A stretch of DNA of 64,000 nucleotides from Candidatus Cloacimonadales bacterium. GTDB taxonomy: Bacteria > Cloacimonadota > Cloacimonadia > Cloacimonadales > JAFGVF01. Shown here piece after piece: positions 11,241-20,946 of this stretch. A model generated the notes under the pieces. It was not told the DNA's origin. It saw only the letters and a list, made by a program, of their open reading frames with translations, and did no database searches. The DNA is taken from NCBI GenBank assembly GCA_963663475.2, contig CAXXJV010000001.1, positions 2,624,001 to 2,688,000 of the forward strand. Direction: 5' to 3'. Position numbers and translations under genes: made by a program. Within the stretch, counting starts at the first letter, position 1; each line of letters begins with the position of its first letter.

Positions 11241-11963
11241 ATGAAAAAGATTTCGATAGTCCTAGTATTAATGCTTTCAGTTTTTGCTTTGTTTGCTCAA
11301 GGTTTCAGCTTTTCAGCTAATGAAGAAGGCTTTTCCATGTCCTTAACAGGTGAAGAAGGTTCTAGCAATGAAACAAAAGTAACAGTCAATAATTCAGGTC
11401 AAGTGATTGATCAAATTGTTGTTAAGTTAGAGGAACTACAAGCTAAATACAATGCTAAACTTAACAAGTTAGATGGCAAAAGAGTCAACAATATTATTGA
11501 TGATATTTACACCTTACTTTCTCTTTTACCAGACAATTCTGATTTAGTAAAACCTGAAACAAACACTTCCACTCAAACTAACCCAGCAGCTGGTGGAACT
11601 GTAAATATTAATATCAATACTAATGAGGGCCAAACTTCTCAAACTGTAACTGAGACCACACCTATTTCTAATAAGAATCCAATGTCTGCCAGTGATTTTT
11701 CTAATTTGATTAATCGAATCAATGGAGAATCTTTTGGTGATGATCAATTGAGAGTTTTAAGAACTGCAGCAAAGAATCATGATTTTTCTGTTAGTCAAAT
11801 TGTTAGAATTCTAGATTGTTTTGATTTTAGTGAAGAGAAGATTTCTGCTCTTTCAATTTCTTATCCTGGCTGTGTTGATTCAGAAAATAATTATGAAATC
11901 CTTGATGCCTTTACCTATTCAGATGATAAATCTGAAGCTGAAAGAATTATCAATGCTGATTAA
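11241..11963 (+). CDS. Secreted protein with C-terminal DUF4476-like domain
   Basis: Signal peptide MKKISIVLVLMLSVFALFA after a GGAG RBS; C-terminal PMSASDF...F.DDQL...VDSENNY pattern. Confidence 0.65.
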   Translation: MKKISIVLVLMLSVFALFAQGFSFSANEEGFSMSLTGEEGSSNETKVTVNNSGQVIDQIVVKLEELQAKYNAKLNKLDGKRVNNIIDDIYTLLSLLPDNSDLVKPETNTSTQTNPAAGGTVNININTNEGQTSQTVTETTPISNKNPMSASDFSNLINRINGESFGDDQLRVLRTAAKNHDFSVSQIVRILDCFDFSEEKISALSISYPGCVDSENNYEILDAFTYSDDKSEAERIINAD

Positions 11964-12109
11964 TTTTTAGAATAATTTTTAACCCAGATAGTTCAGTAAA
12001 GTAGAGTGTAGAATGCTTGGACTTAAGATTTACTGGATTATTTGGGTTATTTTTTTTTGCTTAGAAAACAGTATAAGACTGGGTGGGCAAGTTGCCTTTC
12101 TGCTAAAAG

Positions 12110-12205
12110 ACGGGGTGATGGAGAGACTGGGTGATGGGGGTGATGGAGAGACGGGGTGACGGGGTGACGGGGTGATGGAGAGACGGGGTGATGGAGAGAC
12201 GGGGT
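12110..12205 (+). repeat. Short tandem 8-mer array (GGGGTGAC/GGGGTGAT/GGAGAGAC), left part, interrupted by IS21
   Basis: Directly visible; the array resumes at 14575-14634. Confidence 0.9.
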
Positions 12206-12294
12206 TGTAGATGGCATTTTAAATTGGTACACAAATGGCAGTTTAATCTGGTACAGTTTCCTAGATAAAAAAATAGAGAAATCTAGGAGACAAT

Positions 12295-13779
12295 ATGAAA
12301 GGAGTCCAAGTGTATCACGCAATAAGAGTATTAAGAGAAAATGGCAAGAGTATAAGAGAAATAGCAGAACAGTTAAGTATCTCTAAAACAACAGTTATGG
12401 GTTACTTACAAAAAGACATTGAAACCGTAGAAAAAACTTTAATGAAAGTCAATCGAACAAGTAAGCTCGAAATTTACAGGGAAGAAATTAGCAAACATTT
12501 AACAAAATTTCCTAATATGCGATTAAGTAAATTATATCGTAAATTATCCAAACAGCATGGAAAATTACCTGTAAAACAAAGAGCTTTTTTTAATTTTTCA
12601 AAAAAAATAAAAAATAATTTAATACAACCAACTAAGCGTTATTATCGAGTTGTCAATTATGAACCAGGAAATCAGATGCAGGTTGATCCCGGAGAGTATA
12701 ATATCTATTTATCTGATAAGAGCAAGTTAAAAATATACTTTTGTGTGTTTAGCTATTGCTATTCACGAATGAAATATGTACATTTTCAAACAAGACCTTA
12801 TAAGACTCAAGACTTCATCCAAGCCCATAAAGATTGCTTTGAATATTTTGGATATATCCCAGAGACAATGGTTTATGATCAAACAAAACTAGTCGTTATA
12901 AAGGAGATTTATCGAGAAGTAACTTATAATAATAAGTTTTTTCAATTTATGAATAATCTAACAATAAGTCCTTATGTTTGTGAAGGTTATGATCCTGAAA
13001 GTAAAGGGTTGGTAGAAAGACAAGTTCAAGAAGTTAAGTATGATTTTCTTGATGGTGAAGTATTTACTAGTTTATCTGAAGTTAAGTTGAAATCAAAAAG
13101 CTGGTTAGAAGAAGTAAATAATCGTATCCACAGTACGCTTAGAGAAAGACCTATAGTAATGTTTAAAGAAGAAGAAAAACTATTAAGAAGATATAACCTG
13201 AATATTGCAGAGACACGAAAAGTAGATAAAACAGGTCTTATCTCATGGAATGGTAACAAATATTCAGTTCCTTATATCTATCAACAAAAGATAGTTATAG
13301 TTAAAGAAAATGAAGACACTTTAGAAATAATAGATAGGAATAGTAGAAAAAAAGTTGCATCTCATAGGATTTCCAGAGAAAGAACAAAACCTATCATATC
13401 TCAATGTCATTACATAGACTACTCGAAAACAATTAATAATATAAAGGAAGATATTTGCTCACTATTCCCCAATAATGACAAGATAATCCTTTTATTAAAT
13501 TTACTCATAGCACATAATCACAGAAATCCCAGAGAGCAACTATTAGCATTTTTAAAAATGTATAATAAAAATAAATACTTAAATTGGTCAAACATAATTT
13601 CTAAAGCACTAGAATTAGAAGATATAAAAGCAACAAAGATAGAGTCTATAGTCAAAGAAGAGATAAAAGGCAATAAGTTATCTGCTAACTATCAAAATCA
13701 AGTCAATGGGATAATAGAAACAAAAAAATCAGTTATACAGAGAGATTTATCAATTTATAATAAGGTGGTAAAAAAATGA
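12295..13779 (+). CDS. istA: IS21 transposase IstA
   Basis: N-terminal HTH; PGNQMQVD, YDQTK and SKGLVE DDE motifs. Confidence 0.95.
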   Translation: MKGVQVYHAIRVLRENGKSIREIAEQLSISKTTVMGYLQKDIETVEKTLMKVNRTSKLEIYREEISKHLTKFPNMRLSKLYRKLSKQHGKLPVKQRAFFNFSKKIKNNLIQPTKRYYRVVNYEPGNQMQVDPGEYNIYLSDKSKLKIYFCVFSYCYSRMKYVHFQTRPYKTQDFIQAHKDCFEYFGYIPETMVYDQTKLVVIKEIYREVTYNNKFFQFMNNLTISPYVCEGYDPESKGLVERQVQEVKYDFLDGEVFTSLSEVKLKSKSWLEEVNNRIHSTLRERPIVMFKEEEKLLRRYNLNIAETRKVDKTGLISWNGNKYSVPYIYQQKIVIVKENEDTLEIIDRNSRKKVASHRISRERTKPIISQCHYIDYSKTINNIKEDICSLFPNNDKIILLLNLLIAHNHRNPREQLLAFLKMYNKNKYLNWSNIISKALELEDIKATKIESIVKEEIKGNKLSANYQNQVNGIIETKKSVIQRDLSIYNKVVKK

Positions 13780-14504
13780 TCGAAACATTAAAGAAAAATC
13801 TATTTAGACTAAGATGCAGGCATACTATTAATAATTTAGAATCATATCTTAAATATGCACAAGATAATCAGTTATCTTATATGAATTTTCTTTCATATGT
13901 AATTGATAATGAATGCAATAGTAGAAATCAAACGATGATAAATTTACAGATTAGAAGGTCAAAATTTCCTCTTTTGAAAAGTTTTGATGATTTTGATTTT
14001 AAATATCAGCATTCAATAACTAAAAGAATGATTACTGAGTGGAAGGACTTTACTTGGATAGATAACAGAGAAAACAAAATATTAATGGGTCCTCCTGGTG
14101 TAGGTAAAACTCATATATCTATAGCTTTAGGATATGAAGCTATCTTAAAAGGATATAAAGTTATTTTTTACAATATGAATGACCTAATTGATGAAATGAT
14201 TATTGCTAATGTAGAAAATAACTTCAAAAAATGGATTTCAAAGTTAGTAAAAAATGATCTTATTATTATTGATGAGATAGGCTATCTTCCTATTAAGGCA
14301 GTAAATGCGAGTTTATTTTTTAAGCTAATAAATGAGTTATATGAATATAGATCTATTATCATTACCTCTAATAGGCTATTCCAAGAGTGGGGAGAATCCT
14401 TTGGAGATAATGTAATAACTACTGCTATAGTAGATAGATTAGTTCATCATGCAGAAACAGTTCTAATAGATGGAAATAGTTATAGAATGAAAGGAAAACT
14501 ATAA
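13776..14504 (+). CDS. istB: IS21 helper ATPase IstB
   Basis: GPPGVGKT, IIDEIGY, AIVDRLVHHA...GNSYR; ATGA overlap with istA. Confidence 0.95.
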   Translation: MIETLKKNLFRLRCRHTINNLESYLKYAQDNQLSYMNFLSYVIDNECNSRNQTMINLQIRRSKFPLLKSFDDFDFKYQHSITKRMITEWKDFTWIDNRENKILMGPPGVGKTHISIALGYEAILKGYKVIFYNMNDLIDEMIIANVENNFKKWISKLVKNDLIIIDEIGYLPIKAVNASLFFKLINELYEYRSIIITSNRLFQEWGESFGDNVITTAIVDRLVHHAETVLIDGNSYRMKGKL

Positions 14505-14574
14505 GGAAATATGATTTACAATAGTGTACCATTTTAAACTGCCAAAACTGTACCAATTTAAACTGCTATTGACA

Positions 14575-14634
14575 GGGGTGATGGAGAGACGGGGTGACGG
14601 GGTGACGGGGTGATGGAGACGGGGTGACTGGGGT
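14575..14634 (+). repeat. Right part of the GGGGTGAC/GGAGAGAC array
   Basis: Directly visible between IS21 and IS3. Confidence 0.9.
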
Positions 14635-14686
14635 TGTGTCGTTCCATAAAAGTGGACTAGAAAATTAAACAAACTAGGAGCTTGAA

Positions 14687-15109
14687 ATGGAAAGAAAAAA
14701 GAATATGACTCATAAGATTCAAAAGACCTATAGTGAAAGTTTTAAAATTAAAGTTGTTGACGAAATAGAGAAGGGAGATTTAACTCAAGCTGGAGCTTGT
14801 AGACTTTACAATATTTCAGATAGCAATGTGAGTAGATGGGTTGCCAATTATGGTATGAATGAACGAGTGGGAAAAAAGGTGGTAGTTATGACCGATAGAG
14901 AAATACGTGAATCTGACCTTTTAAGGAAAGAGAATAAGCAGTTAAAACGAGCATTAGAAGATAGTCAGTTCTCCAACGAAGTTCTAGAGAAATATATTCA
15001 TTATATTGCAGAACAAAATGGTATTGATTTAAAAAAAAAGATCGATTCAGGTTTATCAGAAGATACTCAGAAACTCTTGATTTCAAGGTTGCTAAAAGGT
15101 CAGGAATAA
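14687..15109 (+). CDS. IS3 OrfA (HTH + coiled coil)
   Basis: YSESFKIKVVDEIE...SRWV HTH; A9G run at 15031-15040. Confidence 0.88.
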   Translation: MERKKNMTHKIQKTYSESFKIKVVDEIEKGDLTQAGACRLYNISDSNVSRWVANYGMNERVGKKVVVMTDREIRESDLLRKENKQLKRALEDSQFSNEVLEKYIHYIAEQNGIDLKKKIDSGLSEDTQKLLISRLLKGQE

Positions 15110-15900
15110 GCCAAATGTGTAGTTTATTACAAGTATCTAAATCAGGTTACTATAAATATCTTCAAACTGTCTCCCAGAGTTCTACAAATGACTCCCTATG
15201 TCTTTCCAGAGTTAAACAATATAGAAAAATTCAGCCTTATGCAGGCACTTATAAATGTTGGAAAATGCTACATAATGATGGTTTTAAAATTGGGAGAAAT
15301 CATCTTAACTGCCTGCTTAAAGAACATAATATGTTGATCAGGAAGAAGAAGAAATATTGCAAAACTTCAATATCAGATGGTAGTAAGGTATATCCTAATT
15401 TACTTAAAGATACCGAAGTAAAGAGGAAAAATCAAGTTTGGGTAACTGATATTACTTATATTTCTAAAGGCAAAGGGTTTTATTATTTGTTTTTGCTAAG
15501 TGATATGTATACTAGACAGATATTGGATTATGAAGTTTCTTCTAATATGTTGACTGATAATCATATAAGGATGTTAAAAAGACAGCTAAACCATGTTGAT
15601 AATGCTAACGATCTTATTCATCATTCAGATCATGGTTCTCAATATACAAGTAATGAGACTATTAGCCTTCTGAAAAAGCATGGTATAAAGATTAGTATGA
15701 CTGGTGATGGTAAATGCTATGATAACCCTATTGCTGAAAGAATAAACTGCACAATGAAGCATGAATTTGGTTTAAATCGGACATTTAGCACTATAGAAAG
15801 TCTTAAAAAAGCTACTAAAGATGCAGTAATGATCTATAACTCTCAGAGACTTCACAAAAGTTTGGGGTATTTTACTCCAAATGATTTTGCAAATCATTAA
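15031..15900 (+). CDS. IS3 OrfB (DDE integrase core), probably expressed via -1 frameshift
   Basis: VWVTDITY, HHSDHGSQY, YDNPIAER. The -1 frame is open from the slippery site at 15031 (KKKDRFRFIRRYS...QMCSLL). Confidence 0.88.
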   Translation, partial: KKKDRFRFIRRYSETLDFKVAKRSGISQMCSLLQVSKSGYYKYLQTVSQSSTNDSLCLSRVKQYRKIQPYAGTYKCWKMLHNDGFKIGRNHLNCLLKEHNMLIRKKKKYCKTSISDGSKVYPNLLKDTEVKRKNQVWVTDITYISKGKGFYYLFLLSDMYTRQILDYEVSSNMLTDNHIRMLKRQLNHVDNANDLIHHSDHGSQYTSNETISLLKKHGIKISMTGDGKCYDNPIAERINCTMKHEFGLNRTFSTIESLKKATKDAVMIYNSQRLHKSLGYFTPNDFANH

Positions 15901-16088
15901 AAGAGGTTACCAGATGATGAACAGATACTTAGCTGAATGTATTTTCTTTTGGAAAATGCGACTAAATTACGAATGCAAAATGGAGTCGACAACAGAACTC
16001 AAAAGTATGAGTAAATGTCTCATTTTTCAAAAGAGATACATGACTCAGGATACATAAAAAAGGTGTCCACTATATTGGTACTTGACAT

Positions 16089-16321
16089 AATCCCCTTTCA
16101 GCTCGTAAGAGCGGTATGAGAGGGGTGCCGTAAGGCGGGGAGAGTCTTAAATTGGCCTCTTGTCATTGCATTCAGGACTTCCCATTAAAAAACCTTCAAT
16201 GTATTCAATACGGCACCCCTCTCATACCGCTCTTACGAGCTGAATGTTTACTCTCCCCGCCTTACGGCACCCCTCTCATACCGCTCTTACGAGCTGAAAG
16301 GGGAATGTTACTCTCCCCGCC
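16089..16321. repeat. REP-like repeat family A (~60 bp): one forward copy facing inverted copies
   Basis: AATCCCCTTTCAGCTCGTAAGAGCGGTATGAGAGGGGTGCCGTAAGGCGGGGAGAGT at 16089-16145; reverse copies at 16209-16244 (partial), 16248-16305 and 16308-16321 (partial). Confidence 0.9.
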
Positions 16322-16400
16322 ATCTCTCCATCTCTCAATCTCTCAATCTCTCAATCTCTCCATCTTTCAATCTCTCAATCTCTCAATCTCTCAATCTCTC
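16322..16400 (+). repeat. 8-mer tandem repeat ATCTCTCA/ATCTCTCC, about 10 units
   Basis: Directly visible. Confidence 0.9.
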
Positions 16401-16416
16401 CGTCCCTATAAGCTTC

Positions 16417-17748
16417 CTATTTATTCCATTTATCTTCATATGCCTTAATAGCAAACTTGCGTTTTAATCCCTGATAATTCATATACCTAACCTTGCCAAA
16501 AATATCTCTTTCTTTCCAGGCAGTATCATGATTTCCAAAGCACCAAGCTATTCCTGTAAAGGCATTAGGGTCTCTACCATCAAGTTCGTACTTATTATTA
16601 AGGTAAAGCATATTGTAGTAAGCTTGACGGGGTGATAAGGACCATTCAATAATCTTTTTTCCCCAATACATTCTTAGGTAGTTATGCATATAGCCAGTTT
16701 TGACCATTTGGATTTGAGCAGCATTCCAAGCTGGATCATGAGTTTGACCTTCTTCTAATTCCTGCAAATCATAGATATAGTCTCTTGCATCCATACTATG
16801 AAAATCTAAAGAATCAGCTGCCCACTGAGGGTTGATATAGTCATAATTATCATAATTTTGATTATAATAGCAAAAGTTAATAGCTAATTCCCTTCTGATA
16901 ATCAACTGCTCTAAAAAGGCAATTTGACTTTCTAGGTTAGCATGGGCAGACTTCACTTTCTCAACTATTTCTAAGACAGAAATTTGACCAAAATGCAGGT
17001 AAGGACTTAGCTCAGAATAATTAGAATTAACCAGATCTTTATTAGGCAGGTGATAATTGTTAAGTTTTTGTTGAATAAATTTATCTAACTTGCTAATTGC
17101 TATAGAGTAACCACCGCTTATTTCTGAGACAATACTTGGACTATTATTAAGTAAAGGAAGAAGAGTATCAGGATCAAAAGAAGATTGAATATCTAGTCTT
17201 TTCCCTTGGTATTTATAAGTTTCAAAAGGAACTAAATAATCATCTAATTGCTTTTCAATTTTAGGTCTGATAGTTCTAGCCATATACTCTTGTTTATCTG
17301 AAGCCTTTTCAACTGGAACCACGATGTCACTTTCTAAGCAAACAAAGGGAATCTTCACTAGATCAGCTATTCTTTCTCGCCATTGTCTTTGAATTTTTAA
17401 GTAACCGAAATCACTTATCAGGCAGGCTGCTTGCTGAGCAACTTTTACTATCTCAGATACCATATTACCCTGTCTGAATAGCAGGGTAATCCCCCGCTTG
17501 GCTAGCCCTTTCTCAACTTCTTTTAATCCTTGAATCATAAAAGCAAAGTGTCTTTGGTTTGCTTCAGGAAAGCCAATATCAAAAACAAAGACGACTAACA
17601 AGGGAAGTTTATGTTTATTAGCAGTTTGGATAGCGTATTCTAAGGCATGGTTGTTGGTAACTCTCTGACTTTGCTGCATCCAGTACAAGACATATTGGCC
17701 AGGAGTAGGGTTTCCTGCCTTGTAGATTTTGATTCTGTTATGAAACAT
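16417..17748 (-). CDS. phrB: Class II CPD photolyase
   Basis: YVLYWMQ, LSPYLHFGQIS, GYMHNYLRMYWGKKI and LDGRDPN class II signatures. Confidence 0.92.
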   Translation of the reverse strand: MFHNRIKIYKAGNPTPGQYVLYWMQQSQRVTNNHALEYAIQTANKHKLPLLVVFVFDIGFPEANQRHFAFMIQGLKEVEKGLAKRGITLLFRQGNMVSEIVKVAQQAACLISDFGYLKIQRQWRERIADLVKIPFVCLESDIVVPVEKASDKQEYMARTIRPKIEKQLDDYLVPFETYKYQGKRLDIQSSFDPDTLLPLLNNSPSIVSEISGGYSIAISKLDKFIQQKLNNYHLPNKDLVNSNYSELSPYLHFGQISVLEIVEKVKSAHANLESQIAFLEQLIIRRELAINFCYYNQNYDNYDYINPQWAADSLDFHSMDARDYIYDLQELEEGQTHDPAWNAAQIQMVKTGYMHNYLRMYWGKKIIEWSLSPRQAYYNMLYLNNKYELDGRDPNAFTGIAWCFGNHDTAWKERDIFGKVRYMNYQGLKRKFAIKAYEDKWNK

Positions 17749-17777
17749 TAAATACCTCTTTTCCTATCATCTTCACA

Positions 17778-18165
17778 CGAAGTCCCTTGCCTACGGCAGG
17801 AGTGACGGGAGTTGCTAACGGAGTAGCGACTTCCGTCACTTTCTTCGTATTTTACAAGCACTTACATGTGCTTGTTGCGGGCAGGGATGCCCGCGTTCCC
17901 AGTTAGTCCAGCGTTCCCAGTTAGAATATTCTCCTCAGTCCGAAGTCCCTTACCTACGGTTGAGGAACTCCGGTCTGCTAACGGAGTAGCGACTTCCGAC
18001 ACTTTCTTCGTATTTTACAAGCACTTACATGTGCTTGTTGCGGGCAGGGATGCCCGCTTTCCCAGTTAATCCAGCGTTCCCAGTTAGTACCGCATTTCCA
18101 GTTAGTCCAGCGTTCCCAGTTAATCCAGCGTTCCCAGTTAGTACCGCATTCCCAGTTAGTTCCGG
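17778..18165 (+). repeat. 163-bp direct duplication containing REP-like family B (GCGGGCAGGGATGCCCGCGTTCCCAGT), followed by 18-bp tandem units
   Basis: CGAAGTCCCTT starts at 17778 and 17941; about six (C/T)CCAGCGTTCCCAGTTA(G/A)-type units follow. Confidence 0.88.
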
Positions 18166-18170
18166 ATTAA

Positions 18171-18626
18171 TCAATCAAATATTGCTTTATAGAGCATTTC
18201 AGGTTCAATCCTGAATCTTGACCCCTTTCCTTCAAAAAAGCCATAATCCCTAATAAAATGGACATGCAGAGGAGTCCACACTACACTCATATTATTCTTC
18301 ATATTAGTAACTTTTATAGTAGCCTTGCCAAATCTACCTGCTCTAGGGAAGGGACTCAGCAAGACACCTCGATATGATTTATATTCAACTTCATAGTCTT
18401 TATCGACGACGATAGAGCCATCATAAGACAGGAAGGATTTTTCCATGAGGTATTGCATTCTATCGGCAATTTCATGTAATGATCTATCAAAAGTGTTAAC
18501 TATTTTCATATCTTCAGCAATAATATCTCTAAAGTTACGTTTATCTGAACCAAGAAAGCCATCAGCAGTTAGTACCCCAGCTTTCATTTTATCTTGGATA
18601 AGTTTATCATTAGGACTTAGTTTCAT
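18171..18626 (-). CDS. Hypothetical protein, last gene of the nqr-like operon
   Basis: 151 aa, GGAGG RBS, 8 bp after the nqrF stop. Confidence 0.7.
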   Translation of the reverse strand: MKLSPNDKLIQDKMKAGVLTADGFLGSDKRNFRDIIAEDMKIVNTFDRSLHEIADRMQYLMEKSFLSYDGSIVVDKDYEVEYKSYRGVLLSPFPRAGRFGKATIKVTNMKNNMSVVWTPLHVHFIRDYGFFEGKGSRFRIEPEMLYKAIFD

Positions 18627-18634
18627 TTTTCCTC

Positions 18635-19741
18635 CTAAGCAAAAGAGTCGTAATAAATTTTATCTTCAGGAATGCCTAATTCCTTGAGACTTTTAGTAAC
18701 TGCAGCAATCATACCAGGAGAGCCACATAGATAGGCTTCAGTATTTTTTGGATCTCTTATAGCATCAGGGAAATAAGGCATTACATAACCTGTTCGACCT
18801 TGCCAGTTTTCAGCAGCTTCTGCATGCGAAAGAATTGGATAATAGGTAAAATCAGGGAACTTATCTTCAAATGAATGCATATAATCAGTCAAGTAAAGGT
18901 CTTTGCTTGTTCTTGCTCCAAAGAAATAGCTCATTTTTCTCTCACATCCCTTTTCAGCTAAGTCTTCTAACATAGACTTAATTGGTGCTTTACCTGAACC
19001 ACCAGCTACAAAGATGATATCTGCCTGAGTATCCCTAATATAGAAATCTCCATAAGGTCCAGTAAGTTCTACTTCTTGTCCCTCTTGTAAATGATCATGT
19101 ACCCAAGTTGTGCAAATACCATCAGGTACTTTTCTGATAATAAGTTGTACTTGGTTATTGAGACTAGGTTTAGAGGAAATTGAGTAAGCTCTGGTTACTG
19201 ATTCTCTTACTTTAGCATATTTAGGAGAACGTAACTGCATATACTGTCCTGCCTGGAAATCAATTTCATTAGGACTTATCAAGTCGAAAGTTATCCCTTT
19301 AATATCATAAGTAAAATCTTCTATTTTAGCTACCTTAGCCTTAAATTTTCTGATATTGAAAATCTCTTCAGGAATTTGAATACTAATATCGTTTTTTACT
19401 TTTACCTGACAAGCCAATCTATTGTTTTCGGCCAATTCTTTAGCTGTGAAAAATGGTTTCTCAGTTGGTAAAACAGGACCTCCTCCTTCCACAACCACAC
19501 ACTTACACGCACCACAAGAACCTCTTCCTCCACAGGCAGAAGGAACAAATATGTTCTCTTCAGCCAAAGAAGTAAGCAGTGATGATCCACCTTTAACAGT
19601 TACTTTCCGCTTGCCATTAATATTGATCTCACAGTCTCCATAATTTTGAAGAATAGCTTTAGCAACCACAATTAAAGTTGCTAAAATCCCAGAAATGCCT
19701 GCTAGAATTAATATTTCATAAATTATTTTTTGATAGTTCAT
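18635..19741 (-). CDS. nqrF: NqrF-like 2Fe-2S/FAD/NAD(H) reductase subunit
   Basis: N-terminal TM helix, CGGRGSCGAC...RLACQ, RAYSISS, GPYGDF, GGSGKAP, YLCGSP. Confidence 0.85.
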   Translation of the reverse strand: MNYQKIIYEILILAGISGILATLIVVAKAILQNYGDCEININGKRKVTVKGGSSLLTSLAEENIFVPSACGGRGSCGACKCVVVEGGGPVLPTEKPFFTAKELAENNRLACQVKVKNDISIQIPEEIFNIRKFKAKVAKIEDFTYDIKGITFDLISPNEIDFQAGQYMQLRSPKYAKVRESVTRAYSISSKPSLNNQVQLIIRKVPDGICTTWVHDHLQEGQEVELTGPYGDFYIRDTQADIIFVAGGSGKAPIKSMLEDLAEKGCERKMSYFFGARTSKDLYLTDYMHSFEDKFPDFTYYPILSHAEAAENWQGRTGYVMPYFPDAIRDPKNTEAYLCGSPGMIAAVTKSLKELGIPEDKIYYDSFA

Positions 19742-19749
19742 ACTTCTCC

Positions 19750-20337
19750 CTACTGAACATTAACAATGCCTGAGAATCCGATAAAGGCTAAAGCCATGAT
19801 TCCTGTTATTAAGAGACTCATTCCTGCACCTTGCAAACCAGTAGGAATGAACTTTTCTTTTAATCTTGTTCTTATGCCAGCTAAAAGCATAATAGCTAGC
19901 AACCAACCAATACCTGATCCAGCTCCAAAACCAACAGTCTGTATAAAGGTGTAATCTCTTATTATCATGAATAAAGAGACACCTAGAATTGCACAGTTTA
20001 CTGTTATCAAAGGTAAGAAGATACCTAAGGAATAATAAAGAACTGGTGAAAATCTCTCCACAATAATCTCGGTAAGCTGAACAAAAGCAGCTATAACGAT
20101 TATGAAGATAATGTACTGTAAATATATGATATCTGCTGGGAGAATAATATAATGATAAACAGCCCAGTTTATAGCTGTCGTAGCTGTTGTAACAAAGAAA
20201 ACAGCGGTTCCTAAACCAAAAGAAGACTCTACTTCTCGAGAAACAGAAAGGTAAGAACACATACCTAAAAAATTAGTTAGCAATATATTACTGGTAAATA
20301 TCGAAGCCCAAAAAAGTACCCAAGGACTAATTTCCAT
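19750..20337 (-). CDS. nqrE: NqrE/RnfA membrane subunit
   Basis: NFLGMCSYL, LGIFLPLITVNCAILG. Confidence 0.85.
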   Translation of the reverse strand: MEISPWVLFWASIFTSNILLTNFLGMCSYLSVSREVESSFGLGTAVFFVTTATTAINWAVYHYIILPADIIYLQYIIFIIVIAAFVQLTEIIVERFSPVLYYSLGIFLPLITVNCAILGVSLFMIIRDYTFIQTVGFGAGSGIGWLLAIMLLAGIRTRLKEKFIPTGLQGAGMSLLITGIMALAFIGFSGIVNVQ

Positions 20338-20347
20338 TATTTACTCC

Positions 20348-20944
20348 TTATTGTTTGTTTTGATAAAATTTAGTGTTAATAATCCAAATCAAAATAGCTA
20401 GTAGGAAGAAGGCTGAAGGTGCCATGACCATGATTGACCAGTTTACCCACCAATCTCCTAAAACTCTCATACCAAAAAGAGTACCCTGTCCCATAAGCTC
20501 ACGAACAAAGGCGATTATTAACAAGACTAGGGTGTAACCTACCCCTGCTCCTAAACCATCAATAAGTGAATCAATTGGTGGGTTCTTAGAAGCAAAAGCC
20601 TCTGCCCTACCCATTAAGATACAGTTAGTAATAATTAAACCGACATAAGGTCCTAAACTCTTACTAATTACAGGATAGTAGGCCTTAAGGAAGATATCCA
20701 CTATAATAACATAAGCTGCAATAATCAAGACTTGCACCATCATTCTTACAGAACGAGGAGTATAATCCCTAATTAAGGAAATTGAAAATGAGGCAAGACC
20801 AATGGCAAAGATAACACCTAGTCCCATGACTAAGCTATTGATTAATAGATTAGTTACAGCCAAAGAAGAACAAATTCCTAAGACCTGTTTCCAGATTGAA
20901 TTTTCTGTAAAAGCACTATTCATAAATATTTGTTTTTTTGTCAT
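20348..20944 (-). CDS. nqrD: NqrD/RnfE membrane subunit
   Basis: QVLGICSSLAVT, YVGLIITNCILMGRAEAFA, APSAFF. Confidence 0.87.
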   Translation of the reverse strand: MTKKQIFMNSAFTENSIWKQVLGICSSLAVTNLLINSLVMGLGVIFAIGLASFSISLIRDYTPRSVRMMVQVLIIAAYVIIVDIFLKAYYPVISKSLGPYVGLIITNCILMGRAEAFASKNPPIDSLIDGLGAGVGYTLVLLIIAFVRELMGQGTLFGMRVLGDWWVNWSIMVMAPSAFFLLAILIWIINTKFYQNKQ

Positions 20945-20946
20945 TG

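Larger units (their letters stand above)
12206..14574 (+). mobile_element. IS21-family element, copy 1 (2369 bp)
   Basis: TG...CA ends, each with two repeated GCAnTTTAAATTGGTACA-like sites; istA-istB; 5-bp target duplication GGGGT at 12201-12205 and 14575-14579. Confidence 0.95.
14635..16087 (+). mobile_element. IS3-family element (~1453 bp)
   Basis: Imperfect 24-bp terminal IRs: TGTGTCGTTCCATAAAAGTGGACT versus (reverse complement) TGTCAAGTACCAATATAGTGGACA. orfA/orfB in a -1 arrangement. No target duplication visible. Confidence 0.88.

Noticed and set aside
17866..18214. ORFs MCLLRAGMPAFPV... (also 12047-12322, 16152-16448, 34266-34703, 39570-39773, 48604-48795)
   Set aside because: They are translations of repeat DNA with no independent coding evidence.
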